63,322 bases of DNA, filler included, from Choristocarpus tenellus KU-1152 (GCA_964200185.2; 11 parts of 11 records of this genome joined end to end with filler, not necessarily neighbours in it), one strand, 5' to 3'. Counted from the whole stretch's first letter, positions 51,538-63,322 are shown. Program-made: numbers and translations. The notes: generated by a model not told the origin, from the letters alone.

Positions 51538-54210
51538 TGTTCGTAGATAGTGCTGCTGATACACTATAGACACCACCGGTGGATTAGGTAATAGGATGCA
51601 GAGCCAGTGATAGATTAAACATATGTACTCATTCGAAGTGTCCATTGATTTTTGTGTCATGTTCAAAATACACTTGTTATTCTTAAAGCAAGTTGATAAG
51701 TGATTCATAGTAATTTAGTGTGGACAATTACAAACCCCACACTATAGAAATAATAATGGTAGTCTAGGCTTGTCTCACCCCACCAATTCAGTCAGCGGAA
51801 TTGAGACCACAAGGCCCTTGTAATATTAACATTGATTGCATATCTACATCAAGCTATTCATTGTCCTTCATCAAACCAAAGCCCTGGGTCCAGTGTGGAA
51901 TATTTCAACATGCTACGCAGCAAACCGATTGTTCCTGGGATGTGGTGTGGAGCGACAAGGTTGGTAGTGAGCAATTATTGTACATGAGATGTCTGCCACT
52001 AACACGACCAAGATCACAACACTGCCAACATTCACTGGAAAGTTGGGCGAAACATTTTACGCTTTTGTGGTGAGGGTTCGGACCATGCTGGATGTCCATG
52101 ACTGCGAGACCGCTCTACAAGGCTCAGACATCATCTGTGGGGGGCCCATCTGGGCAGTGGACATCGAATTATCGAGTTCACCGAGTGACGAGGGAGACCA
52201 TGCGACAAGAGCTTCAATGTCACCTTTTCCTGTTGTGGTCAGCAACGACGACCTTCAACTGGCCACTGCACGGGCGAAGAAAGCGTGGCACCTCATGCTG
52301 ATCATGCTGCAAGACCATGTTCTACATGTGTTTATCGCGCCTGGGTTTCCAAGTACAGGGTGGCACGCGCTCGACGTGGCGTTCATGCCCAAAACCCGTC
52401 AGGAGGCAAGATGTGTCAGACAGGAACTCAGCCGACTTACGATTGACAACAGCAAGGTCCCTTCACCAGGACTGACTGAACTATCCAGGTTAACAACCAG
52501 GCTGGAGTCAATGGATGAAGTTATTGGCGAAGAAACTAAGGTAACCACGATTCTGAACAAGCTTCGGGAGAACTACTCCCAGGTCAAGAGCTTTGTTGAT
52601 TTCGGGGAAATGAAGAGTGCAAAGGAAGTGGAATATATGTTGATTTCGGGGAAACGAAGAGTGTAAAGGAAGTGGAAGATATGGTTGGGGCGAGGTACAA
52701 GGACCTTCAGGCGATCAACATGGCCAAGTCCACTGAAAGTCGTAATGCTTTGGTTGTAAGTGCGGGAAAGGGTACCACAGGCAGAAAGGGGTGCGGAAAG
52801 GGGCGCATAATTTGTTTTGTATGTGGCAAAGACGATCACACAAAGAATTACAGCCCCGACCTAGATATGGGTCGGCACGCTGGTGCCTCAAAGAGATTAG
52901 GAAATTATGATGACCAAGGTGGAAGATGTGCGGGATGCACTGGGCTAGGCCACGAAATTGATGAATGTCCCCATACTCTTCGAGCCAGGGAGAGAACGAG
53001 AAGACCTTCCAGACGAGGGATAAGAACAGAGCGCACATGGTATTGACAGCGACTCCTCCTTCCTCAAACCAAGAAGATATTAGTGAAAGATTGGAAAGGT
53101 TAGAAGGATTTATTGCCTCTTATTTTGGTGAAACAGAACGTTTCTCTTTGTGACTGTCTTCCCTTGTGTTTGTTGCTCTTCCATATTATTTAGTTTGAGT
53201 TTGTCCCCTGTTTGTCTTACGTATTTTTGTGCTTGCCCACAGTAGTCAAGTGGTAGCTGTGATGTTGTATGCAGACTGACTTCAGATTGAAGAGCTATTA
53301 AAGTCAGGGAGAGATTTTCTTCGATTGTTTGTTATGGTATGCCAGTTATAAGAAAGTCAATTGATTAGTACTACTCTTTTCCAAGGATTCACTTTAGGCG
53401 TTACACTAGGGATATTTCGTGGATCGTGAGATGCAACTTGGTATGGCTAAGGACCCACGGTAGAAAACACCCCAGAATGTGTTTGTAGAGACTGTGATAG
53501 GATAGGTAGGAAGCAACAGCTCCACCATATTACTGTATTCCGGTGACTTGTAGTAGTGACGTACTGGGGAGATTTTGTTGATTGTAGGAAACGCAACATG
53601 GGATTGCTAAGGACCTGCAGGAGAAGGTACCTGAAGATGTTTCCACGTAAGACTGCAATAGGATAGAAGGTTAGTTTGATGACTGATTTATAGTACCTAC
53701 ACAGACCCGACGTCAAAATTGGTGTCAGGGTGTATTTGTGACATTGCTTTTGAGAGAGTTAGCAGAAGTTTGTTTGTTTCTTCAAGTTTCAGAGAAGTAG
53801 ATTCTAAGGGTGTATAGTGTCTGCGCAGCAAGGGAGAGTGTTCGTAGATAGTGCTGCTGATACACTATAGACACCACCGGTGGCTTAGGTAATAGGATGC
53901 AGAGCCAGTGACAGATATATCATATATACTGACTCATGGTGTCCATTGATTTTTGTGTCATGTTTAAGATACACTTGCTATACTTCAAACAAGTTAATAA
54001 GTGATTCATAGTAAACTAGTGTGGACGATTGCAAACTCCACACTCTAGAAATAATAATGGTAGTCTAGGCTTGTCTCACCCCACCAATTCAGTCAGCGGA
54101 ATTGATACCACAAGGCCCTTGTAATATTAACATGGCATATCAACACCAAGCTATTCATTGACCTTCATCAAACCACCCAAGCTGCGGGTCCAGTGTGGAA
54201 TACTTCAACA
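51538..54210 (+). mobile_element. Non-autonomous gag-only LTR retrotransposon (Copia-type gag; TR-GAG-like)
   Basis: LTRs at 51538-51910 and 53839-54210 (TG...CA, about 373 bp); 5-bp TSD GTATC; PPT AAGGGAGAG before the 3' LTR; ~1.9-kb internal region with gag but no recognisable pol. Confidence 0.92.
51989..53153 (+). pseudogene. Copia-type Gag with two zinc knuckles, frameshifted
   Basis: LPTFTG...AW.....W.AL...F...ILNKLRENY; knuckles CFVCGKDDH and CAGCTGLGHEIDEC. A 44-bp tandem duplication at 52595-52683 causes the first frameshift. Confidence 0.82.
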
Positions 54211-56344
54211 GTATCAACTCCGATAATTGGTCATCCACAATGCGTCAGATGACAATGAAGATGGTTACCAAGGGGCTGAATTATAGCATGAGTACCATAA
54301 ATAGGTGGTTGGATGATATGGGGGTCATGCCGAATCGCCGCTGGATCCAACCTAAGTTAAATCGTGGCTGCGACATGTAGGGCCGGCCCTCGCAGCGGAG
54401 TTTGGAGTGTCCGAGCGTTACATACGAGGGCTCTGGGAGGACGTTGCCGATCAGCTCGCCCGTAGCCACAAGCTTGACCTAGGGTTGGCGGTATGTAGTT
54501 GGCAGCCTTTGGAGCTCACACCGATCAAGATTGTCGTAGTACATAGTATCAACTCCGATAATCGGTCATCCACAATGCGTCAGGTGACAATGAAGATGGC
54601 TGCCAAGGGACTGAATTATAGGATGAGCACCATAAACAGGTGGTTGGACGATATGGGGGCCACGCCGAATCGCCGCTGGATCAAACTTAAGCTTAAATCG
54701 TGGCCAAAGGTATGGAGAATGGACTTTGTTTGTGATCAAGTGGACTGGAAACGTGGTGTGCACGCCTCCATGGTGAACACAATCCATGTGGCAGAAGCCT
54801 GGTTTTACGTGATGGCTGATGGGGAAAGGGTTAGAGTATTTCTGCATGAGGATGATAGCGACCTCCCATGGTCCCCTACTGTGCAGCACAAGAGCCATAT
54901 TCCCCAAACCATAATCATTGCAGCCAACGCCCGCCCAGATTCGGGTCACAGCTTTGACGGAAAGCTAGGTGTTTGGTCTGTGTGTGCGCAAAAAAACGGC
55001 AGACAGGACAAGCAAGAACCATAAAAAGGGGGATGTGTATGAGCAGGACTGTACTTTAGATCATTTGTCGTACAGGAAGTGGTATACGGAGGAGTTACTG
55101 CCTGCAATCAAGACCAGGATGCCTTGGTTGCTGCAGGGGAAGCACATTGTTGTTCAGCAAGACGGTGCCACCCCTCACACGGGCAAGGGCAACTCAGAAC
55201 TCTTGTCAGCGGCAGGGAAGACAGAGGGGTGGTCGATTAGGCTTGTGACGCAGCCATCTAACTCCCCATGGTCCTGTGCTTCTTCAGGTCTTTGAAATGC
55301 CAGGTGATGGGGGAGCGGTTTGGGTCCGTCAAGGAGATGATGAAGGTCATTAAGAAAAAATATGAGGAGTATGATGAAACCCCACTTGAGATGGCCTGGC
55401 AGCTCCTTTTTGTGGTGTACAATCAAGTACTTAGACACAAAGGGGGGAATGATTTCAGTGTGGAGCACACAGGGGTAAGGAAAAGGCATTTGTCTGGTGA
55501 CCTTGAAAACACGCTGAAGGTAGGCATGGATACTTCTTCTGTGGCTTATAAAATTGTGATGAATGGGGAGTAAAAATAATAAAAGAATAAAAAGAAAGGT
55601 GAACCTAACCAGAATTCGTCAAGGATTCCAAATCGTTTTTCAGAAAATAATTTCATCAACATCTTCAAGAATTATGGACAGCGCAGCACATACTTATGGC
55701 ACGGAGGTAGTATCATTATATATTATCATAAATACTGTCATTGTTAAAATTAATATATTAAATCGTATTCATATTATTACATAGTTTTAACTGCGCACAC
55801 CTGTCACCATCAGATCAAGCGAAACACGCCTAGACACATCAGAATGCAGAACAAGAATCTGGGAGTGACTCGATGACACAAGAACCGAAGTTGATTTGTC
55901 AGAACCGAAGGGTTCTTTGGTCTGAAGTGTCATTCTCGCTCAACTTTTTAGTCTTACGTGCATCTGGAGCTGGATGTTGTATACCTGGTTTGTAGAATAT
56001 TCACTTGAACAGTCTCAATGGGAAAAGTCTGCAAGCGTTCTGTCACGTCAATGCGAAGGAGAGTCCAAATAGCCACCACCTCTTCCTGAGATACTTGAGA
56101 TCACTCTACCAGAAAATAAAAATTAGAGCAAGTGAGCGCAACCATACGCACAAAACAGCCTCTCGGCAAATTTGAGGAAGGAGCATACTATGGAGGATGG
56201 GTTTGACCCAAAATGGTGCGCGGAAAGTGCNNNNNNNNNNNNNNNNNNNNNNNNNNNNNNNNNNNNNNNNNNNNTTAATTAATTAANNNNNNNNNNNNNN
56301 NNNNNNNNNNNNNNNNNNNNNNNNNNNNNNGTAGCATAAGGCGG

Positions 56345-56527
56345 AAATTGTCTGGGGGGAGGGGTGGGGGGGTCTACAACAGGGTGTCAATTTTGGGTCC
56401 TGAACAGGAAAGTGCACTTGCATTATCCATTCGACGCATGCAACCAAACCACCCAAAAATCGCGACATGGAAAAATGGACCCCAAATGGACAGCTGTCGT
56501 CCCCCCCCCCACCAGATACTTTCAGCC
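56345..56527 (+). mobile_element. MITE family A, near-full copy at contig start
   Basis: Colinear with the family; ends CAGATACTTTCAGCC. Confidence 0.85.
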
Positions 56528-56897
56528 ATAATAAATATTGAATTAGGAAGTATGTGGTACAGCATGATACAATGACCTGTTGTGCCGGCAAATATGCTAC
56601 CATCACGTTTATTCCTTAAGTAGATCAAAAACCGTTACCGTCTATGCGATGACTTCCACTTTCACATTCTTTTCTGAAGCCCTCTGTATAACAGTTTGAC
56701 TACCATTACCTCGGAAAAATTTGTCCCTAGTACCACTCATTTATTTCGACAAGAGTAGATTCCCGGCCCGACAGCATGATGAATGAGTGCATGCCCAACC
56801 CTCGCTTGTTTTCTTGACAAAATTTCATTTCAACATCCAACTGAAACATAATAAATGAGGACCTGCCCTCAGGGTTCTATTCTGTAACCACACTCAC

Positions 56898-59800
56898 AAT
56901 GCCCTGCCAAAAAAAAAAATGAAGGAGACCGCCCCCAGTGCCAAGTTTCGCAGGAATGAAAGAGAACACCGACACCATGACGGAGAGGGTACCAGAGGAC
57001 AACGTTGTTGATGCCAGTATGACGCAGACATGGTAAGGGGTTTTCGGGGAGTGGGGGCATTGATGCAGTGAGAAGATCCTCACAACATAACAAGGTCGTA
57101 CATAAGCGGTATGATGATTATGACATGAAAACTGTGAACGCTATCTGACAAGGGAAGCAGTAGGGGGAAAAATTGCCGACCCAGGTAAGGGCAAGAGGTC
57201 TAAGTCTGTCCTCCGCTTGCTTTTTCTTCCATTTTTTCAATACACCTTCTCCCATGGATCTACAGTACATAGTGTGGATGTCAACCCTAACCCAATCCCA
57301 ACCCAGTGTGTGAGTGGTCTTAAGAATTTGATGTTTAGAATGTATGGAGTTACCCAAAACAAGAACCTTTCACACATGCACCTATAATGCACACAGGGGC
57401 AAACCATGAAAATAAAGGCAACACTGTGTTCTGTCATAGGAGGAGCGATACACTTAGCCTACTCACAAGTACTTCCTCCTTTATTAAAGTCACATACAAT
57501 ACCCCCAAGGAAATTCCAACAATGATATTTCAATTCAACCATAAAGCAAGTTCGATTTTTCATACGCACCTCCACGACGTAATGCAGTGGGTCCAGCCAA
57601 AATGCCCAAACCCAAAAATCTAGAGGCAGGAACCACAAGTGATGGCGAGGCAAAGGGTTTGGGAAAGGTGGGTAATTGGTGGGCTGGATTAGACCACATA
57701 GATTCTAACTATGTGTCAAGTCGGCACTTTCTAAGGATGTAAGGCAAGATGTTCTCCTTAAACACACCTTTTGAAGCATAAACTATTGAGCGATGTTGTC
57801 AAAAGTTCCGAGCAATATTTGGAGAGTAATCCCCTATGATGGCAATATACTACAAATAGAACAATAATATGCACTATGGAATACGACATTCCACTAATTC
57901 CTCTCGAGACAGTCAGAGCATCGTATTCTTCTGTCAAAGAATTTTCAAATGAAGATAGTAGTTAAATAACAATGGCCATGCTGTCTAAGAATGTCGCACA
58001 ATATAAGAGATTCACAGTAAGCAGAAGGGCATCATAGCCCTGTGAACGGGCATACGGCAGGATAAAAAAGAATGAGACTGTAAGATCACATGCATGAATG
58101 AAAGGGAGAGATGGAGAAAGGTTGACAAGATGGTTGGAAAGCCCATGTCTGTTAAACACTTGTTTCACGTGAATGAGTTTTGATCAGGTTGGTATTGATG
58201 CTAACTGTTTGTAGACTGCAAATTTTCCTTCCCCTTAGACCTCTAGACCTCAATGAATATATCTGACTGTCACAAGCACTCTATGAACACTATGAGTACA
58301 AAGCATTGACAATTTCACTCAAGCTAACAGAAGAAGCTAACCCTAACCCTAACAATAAAATGAAGATACTTGATGCAACTCCTAGAAAAATATGGAGTTG
58401 GTGCGGCTGGCCCTGTCTCACCTGGGACCTTGGCAGGGCTAATGAGGAATCCTGCAAATATGCTAAAGATGCTGTTGAACATTCCTCCCATCGACTGGGC
58501 CATTACCACACTGGGAAGGGCCTTCCGTTCATAGAAAAGACACATCCAATGGGGGTAAAAGACTGTAAAAGACGGCAAAAGAGGAGAATATGAAGCTGAT
58601 GCTGTGTAAACTGCATCACATCTCTTGTGAGAGATATGATGAAATTGTCTCATAAAGAGCAAATACTAAGAGATAACCGGTTTGTCCACTGTACGTCCAC
58701 AATAGCAGTGTTGTAAGATGACAGAAACGCAATACATGCGCAGCATGGTGAGTAACCCACTCCATATAATGTTTAATTATGGATGATTAGTTCATAGCAT
58801 TGGTATTTCCAGTATAGATTATACTACTTTGTTTACCTCAATACCACAGCAGTGACTAGGAAATCAGCATTCTGGTAAAGTCAAAATCAGAGCTTTAAGG
58901 TGATAGCCCATGTCAAGAGGAGCGATAGAGATGGGGAAGGGTTGCCACCAGTATCACCAAAAGGGATCACAAGTAAGCTTGGTGGGTACTCACCATGACA
59001 AACAGCATACCAGTAAAAATCATAAAGCACACCCAAAGACCGAAGTACATCCTGTGCAGGGGGGTATACATCAAACAAGGAGAAGGAAGCAGTGGCACGA
59101 CAAGGAGAGTGAAGAAAATAAATAAATAGGAGGGATGGGGTTTTAGTTGAAATAAATTCATTCAGGAGCAAGGCCGATGAGTGCTAGGTAAAGTGAGTGA
59201 CCTTCAACAGAAATTCTGAGACAAGTAGCTCGTATGTAGCCAAAAGCACAAATTCAACGACAGGATGTTGAGACACAAGATGTACAGAATAAAAATAACC
59301 TTAATGTAGTTGTCTGGAATAATGGCATTATGTTAGATATTTGGGGAAACGTTTTGGGTTGCTCCATAGCGCACCATCCGGATATTGTGAGGCCCTTTCC
59401 AACTGTCCCCCTATCTATGTCTAAGAAAGTTTGGCACTCACACCCTGCAAATTCGAGAATAGTCATATTGACAAATATGCTTGCTAATGACTTGCCGTAT
59501 GGTTCAAGTATATTCTTGATATTTGATCGACGCTAATTTCCCTGTACAGGAAAACATTGAACCCAAGTTAATCACCAAATGAAGGAAAGTATAATGAGAA
59601 AAAGAAGGAAAACAACAGAACAGTTCAGAAGAAAGGACACGAAAATGATTAGGGATAAATGCATCAAACTGGGTACCTGAAAAGGGGTCAGATGGCAAGT
59701 CAACCTCAAGAAGCTATAGTCCTAAGGACCAGGTTCAAAGAATAAGCTGCATCAATTCTCAGGTTGACCAGACTTGACCAGGTGGTTTGCATACAAATTG

Positions 59801-62800
59801 TGAAAAATTGTGAATATCGAATTTCATATTTTGTTAGTCCTTTGTCGTGAACACACTTAAAGTTTCACACACAAAAAAAAGATCAAAAGATTGAGGAAAA
59901 CAATAGTAACACTGCTAATGACAAGGCCGCCCCACTTCTCAATTGATGGGGTCAGGCCAGGTAATTTAGCAATGTCTTGGTGACCTGGCCAAACCCAACC
60001 AACTCTGGCCGGCACAGTAAACTGCCTGGTGTAAAACCCTGTTAAGTTCTAAGGATGTAGCATTGTTACCCCTTCTTCCTGTCTCGCCCCCTTTCTCGTA
60101 CCAAAAGTAAAGGAACTGCTCGACAGTTGCAGATAGTCCTGTCATCCAGTAAAAGATGGAGGAGAACATCAAGGTGATGATGAAAATATATGGGACTTCA
60201 GCTATGACGTATCCAAAGGCGTAAGCTCCCACTCTGTACATGTTGGATGCCTGGCAACAGAGGTGCAGGTCAGTGGTGAAAAGATGGGAAGGGGGAAATT
60301 GCAACAATTCCATCAGAGCTGTTTATGCGTTTCAGCTGGTTACCATGTGAATCCAGAGGGAGGGGACTCACAGGTGGGGCGTGGGGGCTTCAGCTCACAC
60401 TCTATCACACCTGTTCCCGATAGAAGACCACACGCTCCATGCTGCCAAAGGGGATAGTGGTATTAAAGCAGATCAATCCGACAAACACACTGGACATGAA
60501 GATAACCCCCATGCGGGCTGCAACGTCTGCCTCCTTCTCCAGATCTGGTACCAAACAAAATAGACCAAACATTCATATTTTTTAATCTTCGTCTGCAAGA
60601 TAATTCTATACAGTCGACATTTAATCGAACATTTTCGAAGGTCTTGGATGAGTGATACCGTTGCAAACCCATAGGAATGAAACTGATGTGCGTAGTCTTC
60701 GCCTAGGGAGTCTTTTTCATTACATTTCTACCCTGCTCTCCCCTCTTTAGGACATGTAGAACCTGAGAATGCTGTTGGGTTACCAATAGTCAATCACCTT
60801 CTCCAACAAAGCTGCTGGCAAAGATGACGGCTACCAAGATGAAAAGTAATATCCGCATGAAGTTGTACTGGGGGCTACGCCAATACTGGGGTAGAACACA
60901 TACGAGGTAGAGGAGAAGGGCAGGGAAGAGGGAGCACAGTCAATCGAAGGGATCATCATCTTTGTTGGATGGGATTTATCTCATTAGGAATACGTTTCTG
61001 AACACCCACCAGATTGATCTCATATAAGGGTCCTCAACAAAAGCGTTGCTGGCATCCTCTGTCACATTTCATTATGATTTCCCACATAATTGAGGTTAAA
61101 ACTCTCTGTTGGATAGGTGAGATTGAGTTACACTTGGCACATGTCATACATGTTGCTCTACCTGCAATGTACAATATACTGCAACCAATGTATCTTTGGC
61201 TGCCTTACACGCATATAACTAATCACCTTCAGTAGGTAAAAAGCTAACCCTAACCCAAGAACTCCGTCGTGTTACTTTTTATGAATGCTTCTAGTGGTGT
61301 TTGACCAACAATATTTTAGTTGAGTTGTATGTCCTGATGTAATTCTGGTGTTGACTGGATGTCGGGCCTGAAGAGAGGTATGTACTGTTTATTCCTCTCT
61401 GATAATAATTCAAAACAACACCTTTCTTGTTTTGAACATTGTTGAATAATGAGTACATGGGTGAGGTCGACGTGCACATAGAGAGATCAAATACCAAATT
61501 ACTAAAACCTGGGTACCTCTCGCATACTCTGACTCATCAGGAGTACAATGAGTTTGAAAATACTCTCAGGAAGTACAATTTACATGATGGGGGGAAAACA
61601 ATTGTCAGAAACCAGAAAGTTCATAGTACCAAAGCTTGTACCTCAACTGAGGAAACAACACAACCAGTGCTCCTCGAAACCTTGCGAAAGAATAATTCAA
61701 TCATCCCAACTAGAGCAGTTGATAGCTCTCGCCTACTCTTCCCGGGCAAGGTCATTCTATTTGTACTAGAGAGATGGTCTTGCCTGCTTGATTGCACGGT
61801 CCGTGCAGGTCTTGTACTGGAGGGCAGAGGGAGCAGCATAGACAGACTTGAAGTGTATCGGTTCTTTACCCTCGGCAGGGAGCATCTAACCCTCACACTG
61901 TGACCAGAGGAGGGGAGGTGTGAAGTTGCTTCCTTGATCTGTGCTGTTCTTCAAGCTATCTATCATGACCTATTTAGCTAAAAATCCCGAGAAGATCAGA
62001 GCATAAAAGTATGGGCAAAACATTGCGTACGGCGTAATCCACGTCAATATGAACAACAAATTTTGTTCTAAATCCTGAGGATGGAAGATTGAGCCCTTGA
62101 CAAGAATCTTTCCAAAATAGCGATCCCTAAGCCTTGTTGTCACCTTTCGGCAGCTGTGTGATCATGTGTGCAACTTTGTCTTGAGATAAATTACGCCTAC
62201 ATCCAATACATCAATCGGTGCAGTACATTGTGAGCTCCACAAATTAATGCCGACAAGTTCACCTTTCTTAACAAGGATAGCCTGTCCTATGATGTGTACA
62301 ATTTTTTTTCATTCTCCCTGCTGCTATTCCCTGTCCCTCAAAATTCTTGCATCAAATGAAGCACCAATAAAACTAGTTTCATGGGGATGTCACAACCCAA
62401 ACTATTGAGACATGGTTTTGGTGTAGAGCAGGGAGACTGGTTAACCGTGGAAAACCAGAGTCAACAATTGTCTCTAACAAGTCCATCAGTCCCGGTCAAT
62501 GTATAGTAAAGCACGATACGAAGTAACTTTGCTTTCTTGCTGAATTCTACTTCAATGGAAGAAAGGAAGACCCTACCATAATCCATTTCTATCTTGTCCA
62601 ATTAATTCTGTTGAACACAAATGTAGTAAACAGAGTAGTGTCTGTTGGTGCAACTCTTTGTGGGGGTGTAACAAAACTAAGGGCTGCTGGAAAGGTTTGT
62701 GACACAGGTTGGTGCAGCACAAGAGGGACTCTCCAAAATGTTCTTTACGATGCCTCTGAGTGAGTGCTTCGAGAGGTGGTGGCTGTTTATTGCAGTAACA

Positions 62801-63129
62801 CCTAATCACATTGCTATAAGGTGAGGCAGTTTGGGGGGATGTCCCACAATAAAAAATCAGGTAGTAACTCACCTACAATAAGAAATTCACACTTGTTGCT
62901 AAATGTAGTCGTTCAGGTGGTATGATTTAATGTATGGTACTTGAAACCAGAACAAATAATGGTAATAGTTGAGAAGAACCTCTGTACTTCAGAATATACA
63001 CACACATACATATATGGAAGAAAGTCTCCCAAAATGTCAAATACTGCGGGTGCGTAATCATACCTCCTTGTCCGTTATAGCCTTGGTCTTGCTCCTTTTG
63101 TAGAACTGAGCGTACATCTGGGCATCCAC
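56898..63129 (-). CDS. ABCG/PDR-type ABC transporter, second transmembrane domain (partial)
   Basis: Phase-consistent exons 63129-63064, 61885-61784 (GC donor), 60885-60798 (YWRSPQYN), 60544-60411 (ERVVFYREQ), 60250-60102 (ASNMY...AEVPY), 59051-58994, 58521-58422 (FAGFLISP) and 57619-57570 (FWVWAFWLDPLHYVVE), plus a probable microexon at 56903-56898. Confidence 0.93.
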
Positions 63130-63322
63130 CTACAGAGCACCGTAACAGAAGTGTGAAGATAGATAGTAATGGGCCATTGAAAAGTCGATTTAAACAAGGG
63201 AACAAAACAGATCTAGGGCAAGCAGCCAAGAACAAAGCAAAATGTAATAAACAAGTGTGTGTGTGGGGGGGGGGGGGAGGAGGGGGGCTAGCAATGGGGG
63301 CGCTATTTTTTGGAAGTACGTC

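Larger units (their letters stand above)
51237..55573 (+). pseudogene. Mariner-like transposase pseudogene
   Basis: First catalytic Asp changed to Ala, deletion across the third-Asp motif (DLNxxDLGFF), frameshifts, a 336-bp internal duplication and an LTR insertion. Confidence 0.85.
50998..55710 (+). mobile_element. Full-length Stowaway/plant-mariner-like (DD39D-group) Tc1/mariner element, defective
   Basis: TA|GTACCTCTGTGCCAT...ATGGCACGGAGGTAG|TA (Stowaway-type CTxCCTCCGT TIR). Transposase fragments 51237-55573 contain HV[A]EAWFY, VQHKSHIP, QQDGATPH and QPSNSP. Confidence 0.88.

Noticed and set aside
2779-56330. Recurrent TTAATTAATTAA motif within N runs as a biological repeat
   Set aside because: Identical 100-bp artificial spacer with stops in all six frames, used to concatenate contigs.

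Overview
Repeat-rich, intron-rich eukaryotic nuclear DNA, most likely from a stramenopile and probably a brown alga. That assignment is inferred from gene style, a brown-algal-type RTE LINE and scattered TTAGGG tracts. The window is not contiguous: it is 11 short contigs joined by artificial 100-bp N44-TTAATTAATTAA-N44 spacers, so nothing can be inferred across joins. Supported host genes are a CIPK/SnRK-like Ser/Thr kinase (8 exons, 3' incomplete), the C-terminal half of an ABCG/PDR transporter (8 exons plus a probable 6-nt microexon), one poly(A) polymerase exon, a charged coiled-coil protein fragment and weaker orphan exons. The rest is mainly mobile DNA. The most notable structure is a pair of homologous MITE families (about 180 bp and about 258 bp, more than 20 copies or fragments). 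They share a TIR core (CAAAGTATCT), a subterminal inverted motif (CCCAAATGGAC) and variable 4-bp TSDs, which is Sola2-like. One copy is nested in the other family, and two copies carry TTAGGG repeats inside their TIR. A full-length Stowaway/plant-mariner-like element carries a gag-only LTR retrotransposon, and an internal duplication preserves the empty insertion site. There are also relics of Copia, Gypsy, RTE LINE, piggyBac-like and Harbinger-like elements. I found no CRISPR array, tRNA, rRNA or prokaryotic operon.
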